From contig MU053493.1 in the NCBI GenBank assembly GCA_013239625.1, positions 1,435,793 to 1,499,792 on the forward strand: a stretch of DNA of 64,000 bases. The letters run 5' to 3'. The stretch is from Lama guanicoe (Eukaryota). Position numbers and translations under genes: made by a program. The notes under the pieces are model-generated. The model had not been told where the DNA came from and searched no databases. It was given only the letters and a program-made list of their open reading frames with translations. Shown one piece after another: positions 37,166 to 49,231 of the stretch. The number at the start of each line of letters is the position of its first letter. The stretch's first letter is position 1.

Positions 37166-38146
37166 AAAACTATTTTAACTGCCTTCTTAAAGCACAAACC
37201 AGACACTCTTTAACAGTGCCCCGAGAGCTCAGATCTCCCTTGTGAATGTCAGGTTATCACAGAACGTAGGCCTCATAGGGGCGGGAGGACAGAGCAGCCC
37301 TCCACAAACACCCCGTGTTTGTTCTAGTGCTATTCGGTTTTGTGGGGTTTCTCGAATTACGTATTTAAACGCACATGTATACATATTCATAACCCTTCAC
37401 TGTGTTTCCTCCCTTGCTTTTAGCCACCATCAAGCCTTCCCCTTTTGATTTGCCCCATCTAGGAATCAAACCACCACCTGGATTCAGGGTAAAGTCAGAG
37501 CAGACAGGCCCTGAGAGTGTGGGGGCCACCAGGAGCTGCCGTCAATGAGCAAACCCCACAGTCCCTACTCTGATGGGGAGGGCCCCCAACTCTGCTGGTT
37601 CCAGAGAATTCAATCAAGCCCCACACACAGGGCCTCTGGGTAAGTGAGGCATGCTCCTATCAGCCGGCTCACCCGGGAGGGCCTCCTGTCTACTCTCAGG
37701 CAGGGGAAGGAGGGGTGCAGGTGGCATCGCCCCAGCCCCCCACACACACACCACAGGCTGTGCCAAGAGGCGCCCAGGGGGGCTACACCTGATGCCTGCA
37801 GGGGCTGAGAGCCTCAGGGCATGAAAAAGTAACGATGGCTTTCTTGAGGTTGTTTCAAATGGGTCTCAATATAATGCTGTCACGTGTACAAAAGGAGAAC
37901 TGGGAGAAGTTTAAAAAAAAGGCAGCCAGAGACACAGCAGGAACTTAAGTACCAGGGAGACCAAGAACTGTCAGTCTATTTCCTTTAAAAACAGAACATG
38001 TCTTTGAAGTCAACACAGGAACTCCACAACACATTTAAATGCTGCCTACGCTGCTGTCACGAATACCCCAGGTCTCAACCAGACAGAAACGCCGGCTGGA
38101 CACCAGAACACACACCAGAGTCCATTGCTGCATATCTTATAATAAC

Positions 38147-38147
38147 A

Positions 38148-38178
<31 letters not shown>

Positions 38179-38180
38179 AA
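38147..38180. repeat. Poly(A) followed by (GA)n
   Basis: Read directly. Confidence 0.85.
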
Positions 38181-38199
38181 AGCAACATCATTGTGCTTT

Positions 38200-38520
38200 G
38201 AGCAGGTAAGAAGCTGGGTAAGTTATGCCATAGCCAGAGCCGCACCTTGGAGTACAATGCAGCCAGGAAAAAGAATAACGATGCTTCACTGAGCAAACAC
38301 ATGGACCAAAAGCCTCAGTAGGCTGTGTTTATTAGGATCCTATACGTATATTTTTTAAATCATCTACTCCACGGATGCATATGCATGTGTACAGAAAACT
38401 CCATGAAGAGGGTCTAGAAAGAGACACACCCATAGAGGGAACAGTAGTTAGCTGGGGGAGGGGAAGGCTTGCACATTCTGTCTACTCACTTCTGCATTGT
38501 TTGAGGAGTTTCACAATGAG
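38200..38520 (+). mobile_element. Degenerate L1ME 3'-end fragment
   Basis: ATGCAGCCAGGAAAAAGAATAA and TTCTGCATTGTTTGA segments. Confidence 0.4.
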
Positions 38521-41500
38521 GCCCACGGGCAGCCTGGGACTGAAGTGGGGGTGGGCAGGAGCTGGAGCTGCTGGCCTGGCTGTGTCCCAGACCAAGAGCT
38601 GGCCCTCTGCCAGCCTGGTCTGCCCAGGGTGAAGGAGATCCCAGACAGTCACCCTCCACAAGGACAGGCTGCTTTTCCAACGCAGCTGCCCTGGGGAGCA
38701 CCTGCCAGGGCTCCATGTGCTTGGAGACCGTGTGTTAAGGCCAGAGCTTGTACTGGGGGAAAGGACCTAAATCCTGGCCCCATTACTATCACTCAGGATC
38801 GAATCCCTTGTCCAGTGAGCCAAGATAAATTTCAAACAAACCCTGCCGAAATCATCACAGGAAACGGCTGAGAGGAGGAAATGTGACTCTACCCCCCTAC
38901 CCCACCCCAAACAAGGCTAGGTGACCAGGAACACCTCTCAGGGGCTGCAGGAGGGAGGGTGCACAGCCCAGAACTGCTGAAATGGGCCCAGCTCAGGCAG
39001 GGTGCAAGGGATATTTTGGCTACTGATGCTGGAGGGAAAACAGGGCACAGAGGTGTTCTGGAGACAATTCTTTGTGGGAAGAAATAGGCAAGAACGTGTT
39101 TGGGGCACATTGGCCAGGAAAGACAGAGCAGCCACTACATTAGAGGCCCACCGAGCCCCACTACCCCGGATGACAAGCAGGAATCTCCAGATTTGGGACC
39201 TGGCATCTCAGGGTGTGGGTCTGCCCTCAGAGGGCTACAGAAGTTTCCTTCTTCAAGACCTCGAATTTTCAAATCAAAGCCCTTCAGCCTCCAAGAAAAT
39301 GTGGTCGTGGTCTAGGTGTTCCCCATGGTGAGACTCAGCAAACTTCCCAAATCCAAGCTGGGAAGTTACAATCAACCAAATAATGAGCGGCGAGTTGCAA
39401 AGACGTTTGTGCCTTTGTTTTGTTTTATCATGAATTTGCTATAACGTCAACAATCACCACAAAGTGACAGAGTTGGATGACTACTGGGGGATGTAGGTGG
39501 GAGGCCACACCGCCACACAGCCAGCAGGACAGGTGGCTCTTTGCACATATTTAGTCGGAGTGGGGATAGGAGATGAAAGCAGAGCCAGGAAGGCCAGGTC
39601 CACCCAGAGTCAAAGCTGATCCTAGGACTTCCTAAAGAATTTTCACACACACGCACACATCCTGGTTTCCTGCTTCCAGGTGGTCAAGGGAGGCATCATC
39701 AAGCTGCAGGGAGGCCTGTGTCCCTGGTCACAAAGCTGGGCAGATCAAGCTGCCAACTGCCTCCTTGGCTAAAGTGGTTTTGGTATTCAATCCCTACCAT
39801 GTAATTACCATGGGGGGGGGCGGTTCCTCAGGGGATAGAGTGAAAGGCCTGGCGTGACCTGAAACACTGCCTTCAGAGACCCCCCAGAACACTCTGGAAG
39901 CCCACAGACCAGAGCCTGCTGCTCCGGTCTTCCCAGGATGGCCTCTGGGTCACCCCCTACAGCCAGTTCGCCAAGCCTCTTCCTCCCGTGGGCGGCCCCT
40001 GTCTCCTCTAGTAACACCAGTTACTTATGCTCTGCACACCTGCGCTCAGGCTGGAACTAGGCATGGACGTGCCCTCGACCATAGGTAGGGTCTTGGTTCA
40101 TAACTAGGTTCACCTGGAGTACCCCCTTATACTGCAGTCAGCATCTGGGACTTGGAAATCTTCATTTCCAAGGGCCCCAAGGAAACTGTGCACTCCTGAC
40201 TTAGAGATCTGGCTGGAGTTTCCACACACCTGGAGGGCGGGGCAGCTCCCTGCTCAGACGTAGCACACTGCCATCCTCTTCTGGCCTCTTCGGTTTCCAG
40301 GTACCCCAGAGAGACTGGCTTCCACCCCACTCTGAGAGGCGCGCCCTGCTCCAATCATCTAGCCATCTTGCCCTGGACCCCGCAGGCAGGGCACACAGAG
40401 CCTAGACCACGGGGGCCGAGCCAACCCAGAAGGCATCCCCCGGCAGAGCCCCGCCCCTGGGCCAGCCCCTCTGCAACTGGCTGGGAGGCCACAGATAAAC
40501 AGGCTGGGAGAAAGATTTTCCAATCAAGTTCCCCTCCCAGTACTGGCCTCGCCCCCAACGCGGTACTCAACCCCAGTCACGCCCCAAACGCTGCCCCACC
40601 TGGCTCCGAACCTGGCCTGGCCCCTCCCCCACGACCACACCCACTCTGGCAGTGACGTCCCCACCCCTCTCCTGAGTCCACACACCCCTAATTCTGACTC
40701 AGAAAGCCTAACGACGGCCTCGCCTTCACCCGCGACCCCACCACCTGCCACGTGGTTTGAGGCGGTCACAGCGTGGGACCAGAAATGCGGGCAAAGCCTG
40801 GTGGGAAAAGTTCGTGAAATCCTTGGTTCCTGACACCTGCAGACCTGGGGCCGCTCAGTTCCAACTGACCGGGAGAAAAGAGCCCTTTGGCTCTAGATTC
40901 TTTAAGACTGCGGTTTTTAAATCAGCCTTTTAATCAGCTTGTGAACTATTTTACAAACAGAAAGCCTAAACCTTTGATAACAAGGTAGCAGTGTAAGGGC
41001 TTTGAACCTGTCCCTGATATGTAAGACTTAAACGTCACAGAAGACTTCCCGTGAGCTCAGGAAAAACACAATTCTTTAAACCAAACTGGGGGAGAAAGAT
41101 GGCCATCCATTAAAAGGCTATTTCCACTTTTGTGCTTAAAAACCAAAAGACGACCACAGAATAATCAACTACAAAGTCCCGGGCACGCGCAAAGGGAAAC
41201 ACCGCCCTAGGGTCGGGGGCGAGGGGCCGGCGGCGGTCCGCGTCTCCCAGGCTGCAGGCTCCGGCCGCCCGCCCCCGCGCAGGTGCTGCCTGCCCGCATC
41301 CGGCCCCGGCAGGTGAGAGCGGGGCCGGGAAGAGGGCGGCGCAGGCCGACGGGCTGTCGGCGGGGAGCTCGTTTCAGGAGAAAGCGCCGCCGGGCGGAGG
41401 AGCCCCTCGGGTAGGGCGCGCCCCCGCCGGCCGGATGGGCGGGGCTCCCACAAAGAGCCGCAGGCGAAGACCCGGGACCGCCCCCCGCGTCGGCCGCCGC

Positions 41501-42106
41501 TGGCTCCGGTTTCGACAAATTGAACCTTAGAGCGCTGGAAAAATTACAGGAAGAGGAGAGGGAAGAATGTGCCGAGTGGCTGGAGGGAACCCTGTCCCCG
41601 CGTGAACTTCGCCCGCCGCGCGCCCGACCTGGGACGGCCCCTCCCCTCGCGGACGCGCGCCCAGCCGACTGGGGAGGGGCCGGGCGAGGACAACCCTCCC
41701 CCGCAGCTCCTGGGCGCCTGAGCCACCCACCTCCCCAGGCAGCACCCGCGGCCCCTCCCCACCCAGCCAGCCCGCCCGCACCTGCCCGCGAGCCCCCTGG
41801 CCTGGGCGGGGTCCCCGCCCCCGGCCCCGATGACGACAGTCGCCCCCGCCCGAGCGCGCCCCGGGAGGGGGCGTGCCAGGCGGGGGCGCGGTCGCCGGGC
41901 GGGCGCCGGCTCCCAGGGCCGCGACCCGCCTCGAACCGCGAGCGGGGTCGACCCCAGCACCAAGCGGCGGGGTAAGGGGCGAGCCCACAGTCGTTCCCGG
42001 CCCGCCGTCCCTTGCGCCTGGCCGGCCGGCGGCTCCGGGGGCGTGGCGGGGCGGCTGGCACTGGCCCGGGTCCGCGCGCTAGGGGTGCCCAGGCCGCCCC
42101 ACTAAC

Positions 42107-42701
42107 CTGTGTGAGTTCTCAGGTGCGCCTTGAGGTGCGAGGATTTCCCGTAAACTTTCTCGCAGCCTGCGTAGTGGCACTTGTGCTTTCTCTGCGGGGA
42201 CTCGAGGTCGGCGCGACTTCGGCCCCGCCGGCCCCTTTGTCTGAGGCCGGGCTCGCCGCTCCCCGCGGGCCCCGGCTCTCGCTCGGGCTCCAGCCCCACC
42301 TCGGGCTCGGGCTCGGGCTCGGGCTCGCTCCAAGCCGGGCTGAGGGGCGCGGCCGCCGCGCCTTCGGCGCCGGGGGAGGCGGGCTCGGGGGCTGGGGGCG
42401 GCGCGGGCGGCAGGCGGCAGGGGGTCCTCGCCTTCCGGGCCGCGGCGCCCTCTCTGCGCTCCGCAGGGGCGGGTGCCGGCGCTTGTTGGTTAAGGTCCGC
42501 CAGGATCCGTGCCACTACGAAGAGCGAAGCGCTGTCCTTGCCGTCGCGGCGCTCCTCGACGCGGGGCAGCGTGGCGGCGACAGCGGCCGCGCCCTCGGGT
42601 CCGGGCTCCGGCCCCTCCCGCGACCCGTGCACAACCGCGCGGCTCGACATGGATACGAGGCACTCGGCGGCGAAGTGGTCCACATAGGCGGCGGCTGCCA
42701 T
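42107..42701 (-). CDS. KLF13: KLF13 coding exon 1 (codons 1-198 plus 1 nt): Sin3-interaction motif, Pro/Ala/Glu-rich region, basic region and zinc finger 1
   Basis: ATG at 42701 in strong Kozak context (GCAGC-ATG-G). Translates MAAAAYVDHFAAECLVSMSS...ARILADLN...KHKCHYAGCEKVYGKSSHLKAHLRTHT, which matches KLF13 as I recall it. Ends at the donor CAG|GTTAGT (intron starts at 42106). Confidence 0.97.
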
Positions 42702-43229
42702 GCTGCGGGCTCCGGCCGGCGGCACTGCTAGTCGCTGCGAGTCGTCAGCCGCGCATCCGCACCCACGGCCTCCGGAGAGCGGGCGGGGGGCGGGGGCGCG
42801 GCGCGCCCTCTCCACGGGCTGGGCTGGGCGCGCAGCCGCCTTTGCCGTCACCCGCGCGGCTCCGCGTCTGCGAGGCGCCCGCCCGGCTGGGCACCGAAGA
42901 GAGCGCGCATGGGGGGCGCGGGCGAGTGGGGTCCCCGCAAGGCGTCAGGGGCGGCCTGTCCTAAGGATGCCGAGCGGCGACGTCAGGGATGACCGCGCCA
43001 AGTCGTGGACGCAGCCTCCCCGCGCATTGTGGCAGGCGGGACAGCAGCCGTGCGCGCCGCGGCTCGGTGTGGGCGGCCCGGCCCTGGGGGTGGGCGGGGC
43101 CGGGGCCACATCTGGACCCGACGTCAGCCCCCAGCCACATCCTGGCGGCGCAGGTTACAGGCGGCGGCGGCGGCAGCCGGGGGCTGCGCACGCGGAGGGG
43201 GCGGGGATCCCGGAGCGCGCACCGGCTGG

Positions 43230-43480
43230 GTAGGGCGGTCGCGCGCCCACGCCTAGGGAGGGGGCGTGGCCGAGGACGAGGATGGGTTCCATTGGCCCGG
43301 GGTTCCGCGCTCTGGCCAATCCGTACCGCGAGAGGTGGCTACCAGGCCGCCAGGCCTGCGCGTGCCAATGGGCGTGCCTCCTTGGCCGGCGGGAGGAGGG
43401 GCGGAAACCGGAGCCGGGAGCCGGGCACGCTGACGCACGACGTCCGAGGGCGGTGGGTCGGACGGGGCGGGGCCGCTTCC
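43230..43480 (-). promoter_or_regulatory. TATA-less proximal promoter with three CCAAT boxes and GC/BTE boxes
   Basis: ATTGG at 43291-43295, CCAAT at 43316-43320 and 43365-43369, GGGGCGTGGC at 43261-43270, GGGGCGGGGC near 43464. The TSS is inferred just below ~43230 and was not observed. Confidence 0.65.
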
Positions 43481-45849
43481 CCTCCCCTCCGCAGTGGGGA
43501 CTCCGCCGGGTATTTTGCTGCCGGAGCTTTTGTACAGTGACAGTCTTGCACCCGTGTGTAGGCGAGCACTCGGGAGGGCGCCCTTTTGTCCCTATTGCCC
43601 AGCCTGTGAGGGGCGCCTGGGTGGGTCTCTTTCCCCTGCGGAGCGCGGTTTGCTGGGCGAAGAGGCGTGCCCGTTCGGCCGGGTTCAGGGCTGCCGGTCT
43701 GGCCTGGGGGCGGAACTGCTCTGGCCGCACCCCACCGAGGCTGGGTTCCTGGGTGGCCGCGCCCAGCTCCACGCTCTTTCCCGGCTGAGCCTCAGGCCCT
43801 CTGCGCAGCCCGGCCAGGAGCGGAGTCGGGTGGGGCGGGGTTGCGCCCGCTAGAGGGACCAGGATCTCCCCGACCGGTCCTGAGCGGCCCTGGAGACCAG
43901 GTCGGCCGGAGCCAGACTGGCCCCAGGCTGGTGGTTAACCCGGCTGCGTGGGTGACGTGCCCCCAGCGTCCTGCGCTCGCAGGAGTGAACTACGTGCTGG
44001 GGCGGCCAGCGCCTCTACTTGGGGAACGCGGGGCCCCTTCCTCCGCCTCCCCTCCGCAGGCTTGCTGCCAACTTCTCCAGGCTGCCCCTCTCCCGCCGCG
44101 GTGGGAGGCTTCAAACGCCACCAGCTGCGAGGGCCCTGCCCACCGCGCCCCACCCACCCACTGTCGGGGCCTCCTGATGGAAACGCTCCGATGCGCGCGG
44201 CTCGCGATGTCCCCGCCCCGCCGCGCCGACTTGCCCTTGGCTCTGACCGGTGCCCTCGCCCTCGCTTGCTCGGCGTCCCCGCCGCTCTTCTCCAGGCCTA
44301 GGCCATCACCTTGGAGGCCCGAACCAAGCTCAGCAAGCCCCTTTCCGGGCCGTCGCCGCCGGCTCCTGACCCTGGGAGACAGGGGCCGGGGTTTGCAGCC
44401 CCTGGTTCCTTTGCCTTTAATGATGGACGTTCGAACGTGTCAGCTGTCCGTGCGGGGAGCCTGGAGAATGAGGGCAGCCCAGGCACTCAACTCCCGTGGA
44501 CCAGAGAAGAGGGGTGGGTGGAGCAAAGTCATTCTGCGCACAAAATTAAGAGCAGCCACTTCTCACCGAATTGATTTGGAGCTTGAGTAGAAAAAAACTC
44601 TTTTCAGGTCACCAAGGAGGAACAGAGACAGGCGTTCTGGGTTGGATGTTACAGTGACCTGTAAACGTATCTAACTAAAACCCTCAAGCTCCCTCTCGCT
44701 GGTGGTGCCTGTGCTCTCTGGGAAGACTGCACAATGTGCTATGTTGGGGTGGGGTCTCTACCAGCCAGCTGGGTCAGTTTCCTCTAACAGGGTCTCCTCT
44801 TGGCAGGAAGTAATCATTCTTCTCCCAGGCGAATTGTGTTGATGACATTTAAGAGATTTGTGTTCTGACCAAGTAATGATTCAGGATGTTTCTCCAATTC
44901 TACCACAGTCAATCACTTTATTAAGGATAGAGCTGGCCCTACACTGACTTAGCAGTCACCGGTCCCCTCCCCGTCCCTCTCCAGCTAGCAGGATTCTGTC
45001 CAGTCTTCAAGGTACCACATCTCTCCACATTCACCATAATCCCTCCTGGGAAACCCCAGCCTGCACACACACTAACAGGCCTCCTATGAGTAGGCACCAT
45101 TCTAGGTATTGGGCCACATCCATGGACAAGACACTTGTTCTGGGTGAGGGGAGGCCAGCTTGGATCAAGGGTCCACTGCACTGGGAGACACTCCATCCCA
45201 TCCACAGCCACAAAGAGTCCACAGGCCCCCCCATGGCTGCAGCCTCCCTAAGGGTTTTGTCTGTGCCCGCATGGCATTCCAGAGGCAAAACTCAGCCCCT
45301 TGGCTTGTTTCTCAAACATCTGATGACTGTTCACCACAGGAAGCCTCAGGGAGGAAAGCCAAGAACAAACTCTGAATCCCCAAATGTTCCACTAATGGAT
45401 GGCACTGGGCACCTCTGGACGTGGGTGTGACAGGAGCTAAGGGAACGTCTTGGGCTGAGATACTGGACACAAGGGCAGAGGAGCCATAATGGGAGCAGAG
45501 GGGTTAAATGAACCTATGGATGCTGGCTGCTAAGATATGAGATGCTGAGGCTATGTCTCCGCCCCCTCAGTGGATTTTCAAAATATAAGCAGCCAGGTGC
45601 TGGAAGGGTCTTTCCTGGGGCAGTAGACCAGGCTGAGGAGAACACCTAAACCTTCTGACATCTGCACTTGCCTCACTGAACAGCCAGACCATCCTAGAGG
45701 GAAGGCCACAGTTAACGAGCCCCCATATTTCTGGAGCCTCAAATCCGTCTTTCACGGGCAGCCAAAGCTGACCTGGTATCGCAGGAAAGCCTGTGTCATG
45801 AAATCTAAAGCCCCAATAGGTTTTTTTTTTAAAGCATCTTGGGGGAAAC

Positions 45850-46630
45850 AGAAACGATGTGGAGAGAAGTCCAAGTCAGCAATGCTATCAGGAATGTCTT
45901 AACAGAAGTGAAAGAAAACATGGCAACCCACGAAGGGAGGACACAGAAAGAAGCAATCAGAGAACACACAAAAAGTGGTCTTAGAAATCTAAACTAGCAG
46001 AAACGAAAAAATCATCAAAAGAGGGCTTGGAAGTTAAAGTTGAGGAAATCTCTAGGAAAGCAGAACCAAAAGGAACCCTGAAAATGGGGAATAGGAGAGG
46101 GGGAAAAAAAGAGGACCATCCCCAGAAAGTCCACTGGTGGAAAGGAACCCCAAAAGATTGGTATGAGAGACGCAGGGGCAGGGGTGGAAGGGACGAGGGA
46201 ATCTTCGATGAATTAACTCTTAAGAAAAGTCTCCAAAATTTAAGAACATGTGTTGGAAGGGCCCACAGAAAGCCCAATGGGAAAAAAATAGTCCTACCCC
46301 AAGGCACATCACTGCTGAATAATGGGAACAGAAAGTGTCCTGACATTAGAAGTGGGTCACATAGATGGTCAGGAGTCAAAATGTCTATGGCTTCTCTGCA
46401 GTGACACATAGGAGTTGGAAGCCAGGGTGCAAATCCTTGGGAATCTAAAGGAAAAATTTTCTCCAGTTTTCACCCAAATATTTTTAGAGGTAGGAGCTTT
46501 CAAAAATTTTACCCATGCATCCTTTCTCATGGTAGCATTCTGCCAGAGATAATGCTTCACCAAAATAAAGAAGTTAACTAAGAAAGAGGAGGCCATGTGA
46601 TCTAGGAAGGAGGCAGTCCAGCTGGGCGGG
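45850..46630 (+). mobile_element. Ancient L1/HAL1-type ORF1 remnant
   Basis: A-rich, with TTAGAAATCTAAA...GAAGTTAAAGTTGAGGAAATCTC similar to 7680-7760. The frame contains GRAHR, compared with L1 ORF1p ERAHR. Confidence 0.6.
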
Positions 46631-47795
46631 AGGGAAGGAGGGGAGCAGAGGATCTTCAGGCCCGTCAGAACATCCACAGACCCTTCTTCAGGAGGTGAAA
46701 TAGACAGGTCCCTCAGGAGAAGCTGGGCCACACTGCAATCCAAACTACCTGCAAATCTCAAAGGTTGATTTCTGGCTGTGCTACCCACCCATAACGAGGG
46801 GCCTGGGGATGCCCGGGCGGATGGAGCAACCCCTCAGGAACATGCTGGTCACCATGGCAGAGACAAAGGGCAAGGCTGGACCCAGAGGTGGCCCTGATGC
46901 CTTCTTTCCCACACACAAAATACACCATCCCTCTCCCCAGGTGAGAAACCCTTCAAAACACGTTGATCACCATGTCACCCAAATCTGGGTGACAGTTGTG
47001 TTTCTTCAGGGGCACCTGACCCACTGTGGGCAATGAACATGTTAAATCCTGATCTAGAGGCCAGAGACAGGGAAGTTGGAGACTGGAAGGAAGGCAGGAA
47101 TTTGAGGCCAAGGGAGATAGTCCAGCATCCAGCTGGAGACCCGGGACCTCTGCAGTTTCTTCGTGTGGTCCACGTGGCTGGCTCCAGTGGCTCTCCTTTG
47201 TTTAGAGACCAGTGATCAATTGTCTGCACCACCACCCTGACTCCACCCCCAGCCCTAATACACAATCCCAATGTACAGTGATGGAAAGGGGCAGAATAAC
47301 ACCACAAACCTCCCAGTTCAAAAAGGGGAGAAATGGGCGATACCCAGCAGACAGTGTCCATAGCAATCCTGAAATCCTCTTGGACAGATACAGTCCCTGA
47401 TCCCCAAGTGTGGATGTTTGGTGAATAGTCCCTGTCCTGCTCCCCGGGAAGGCCTGACTGGCCCACTCTTCTGCGGAGCCTTAGTCCATTTGCGGGGGTG
47501 GGGGGGAGGGGGCAGTGTCCTTCCTCCACCATTGTCCTCATTGGATGCGTGGAGCTGGGGGAGTGGGGCAGGCAATGGGAATCTGCCCTCCTTGGGGGCT
47601 GAGCAGTTTCCCCAGCTCACTTCCAGCCTCAGAAGGTTAGAGATTAAGGGCTGGCTTAAGTTCCAGCCACAGACTCAATTAGTGCTTGTACTTGGTTTCT
47701 TTGGCACTACTAGCTCGTCAGAATTCTCACTTTTTACCTAATATATTCAATTCCAGTTGGCTTCATTGTCAGTAACCACTCTCACAGTGCTTTTC

Positions 47796-47950
47796 TTTTT
47801 TAATTTAATTTTAAAATTTTCTTATTTTGGGGGTGGGGCAGAGGGCAGTAATTAGATTTATTTATTTGTTTTAATGGAGGCACTGGGGACTGAACCCAGG
47901 ACCTCATGCATGCTAAGCATGTGTTCTACCACTGAGCTATACCCTCCCCC
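47796..47950 (-). mobile_element. tRNA-Ala-derived SINE, long-tail form with TSD
   Basis: Complete head in reverse orientation. TSD TC(A/G)CAGTGCTTTTC at 47782-47795 and 47952-47965. Confidence 0.9.
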
Positions 47951-48219
47951 ATCGCAGTGCTTTTCAACACATGCTTCTGTCTCAGCTAAATTGCAGACTT
48001 TGAGCCACTCGGTTTGATGGTAGAGTAACACCCTAAGTCCCTTCAGTCTCTGAAACTTCTAAGCTATCCCAGGTGACAGTTTACCGTACATCCTACCACC
48101 GGCCATGTTCCAGCTTCCACAGTCAATCCTCTCACTGCCTGCTGGGTCTGCCTTTATGCCAATGCCACATATCTGTTTTCTGTTGCAGCTATGCCCCATT
48201 CCCAGTCACCATTCTCTGT

Positions 48220-48560
48220 GCCAGTCAGGAGCAGGTAAGTTATGCTACAGTAACGAGTAGTTCTGAAAGCTTCAAATACCACATGTTTAATTCTCAGTAC
48301 CTTGAGGTTTGGCAGGAGACTCTGCTCTGTGGCATGATCACCCTCATCCCAGCACCCAGATGGACAGAGCAGCCTATCTCTGGAACACTGGCAGTCGCCA
48401 TGCCAAAGGGAAGGCATACCTCCTGGAAGGTCTTGTGACAATTAAATACTTGGCCCAGAAATGACACACAACAGTTCTGCTCTTAGCTAGTCACATGCAC
48501 CATGCTACCCACAGGAAACCGGGTGCAGACCCATGATGTCGTCAGAAGATGAGCTATCCA
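48220..48560 (-). mobile_element. LTR33-like ERVL LTR
   Basis: GTTATGCTACAGTAAC...GAGCAGCCTATCTCTGGAACACTGGCAGTCGCCATG...AATTAAATACTTGGCCCAGAAATGACACAC. A shorter related piece lies near 46800-46900. Confidence 0.6.
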
Positions 48561-49142
48561 GTGACGCATTCATGGTTTCCACAAAACCTGTGGCTGTGAC
48601 TTGAGAGGCTATCGAGAAACCTGGCAAAGAGTTGGATGTTGAATTAACATGGAGATAGAAAATAAAGTGAACAGAAAAGCATTCCAAAGAGAACAAAAGG
48701 GAAATCTACTGTCATTGACCACTTGGCTCAGTTGCCAGAATCCAGGACCTGCCTATTACTGGAGCTTAGTTTACCTTAGCTAGGATGAAAGGGAAAAGGG
48801 GTGGAGGGGATGAAAGAAAACAACAGAAGAAGGTGTATGAAGAGAGGGTTTGGTGCCAGGTGGAACCAGGTCTGTGCTTTATTCTACAGTCTTCTTCTCT
48901 AGGGTTGGCTCCCTGGTGGCAGCCAGGCTGTGGGGTGCCAGCTCAGGGCATCATCCTTCCTCCATCCCAGGGCAGCTGCTGTCGGTAAATCCTGCATCTG
49001 CTCAAGGGCTATGGCTGAGGGTGGCTGGGGTTTATCCAGGACCACCTCATGAAGTCCTTATGCTCAGAGCTCCCCACACCTGGTTTTACATGTCTCCTGA
49101 CTTACTTCCAATATCATAAAGAATCATTAGTTCTAAAGAAGA

Positions 49143-49231
49143 CTCAGTGGCAGAGCACATGCTTAACATGCATGAGGTCCTGAGTTCCATCCCCAGTATC
49201 TCCATTAAAAAAAACAAACAAAAAAAAAAAA
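49143..49231 (+). mobile_element. tRNA-Ala-derived SINE, 5'-truncated
   Basis: CTCAGTGGCAGAGCACATGCTTAACATGCATGAGGTCCTGAGTTCCATCCCCAGTATCTCCA followed by poly(A). Confidence 0.85.

Larger units (their letters stand above)
6392..42106 (-). other. KLF13: KLF13 intron (35,715 nt, GT-AG, phase 1)
   Basis: Canonical donor and acceptor split the Gly codon of the HTGERP linker between fingers 1 and 2. Confidence 0.93.
41170..44480. promoter_or_regulatory. KLF13: KLF13 promoter/exon 1 CpG island
   Basis: Very high GC and CpG density spanning exon 1, about 0.9 kb of intron and the upstream flank. Confidence 0.93.

Noticed and set aside
42702..42851. 50-codon in-frame N-terminal extension of KLF13 from GTG 42851 (ORF track 249 aa)
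   Set aside because: Non-ATG start in weak context. Recognisable KLF13 sequence starts at ATG 42701 with a strong Kozak, and open frames are expected in GC-rich leaders.
22608..43860. CTCF-like motifs at 22608-22621, 34424-34437 and 43847-43860
   Set aside because: Imperfect matches in GC-rich DNA cannot be distinguished from chance without PWM scoring or ChIP data.
41169..44590. Long overlapping ORFs in the CpG island (e.g. 41207-42061, 42012-42731, 43667-44590)
   Set aside because: Low-complexity Gly/Ala/Pro/Arg translations caused by stop-codon scarcity, with no recognisable domains.
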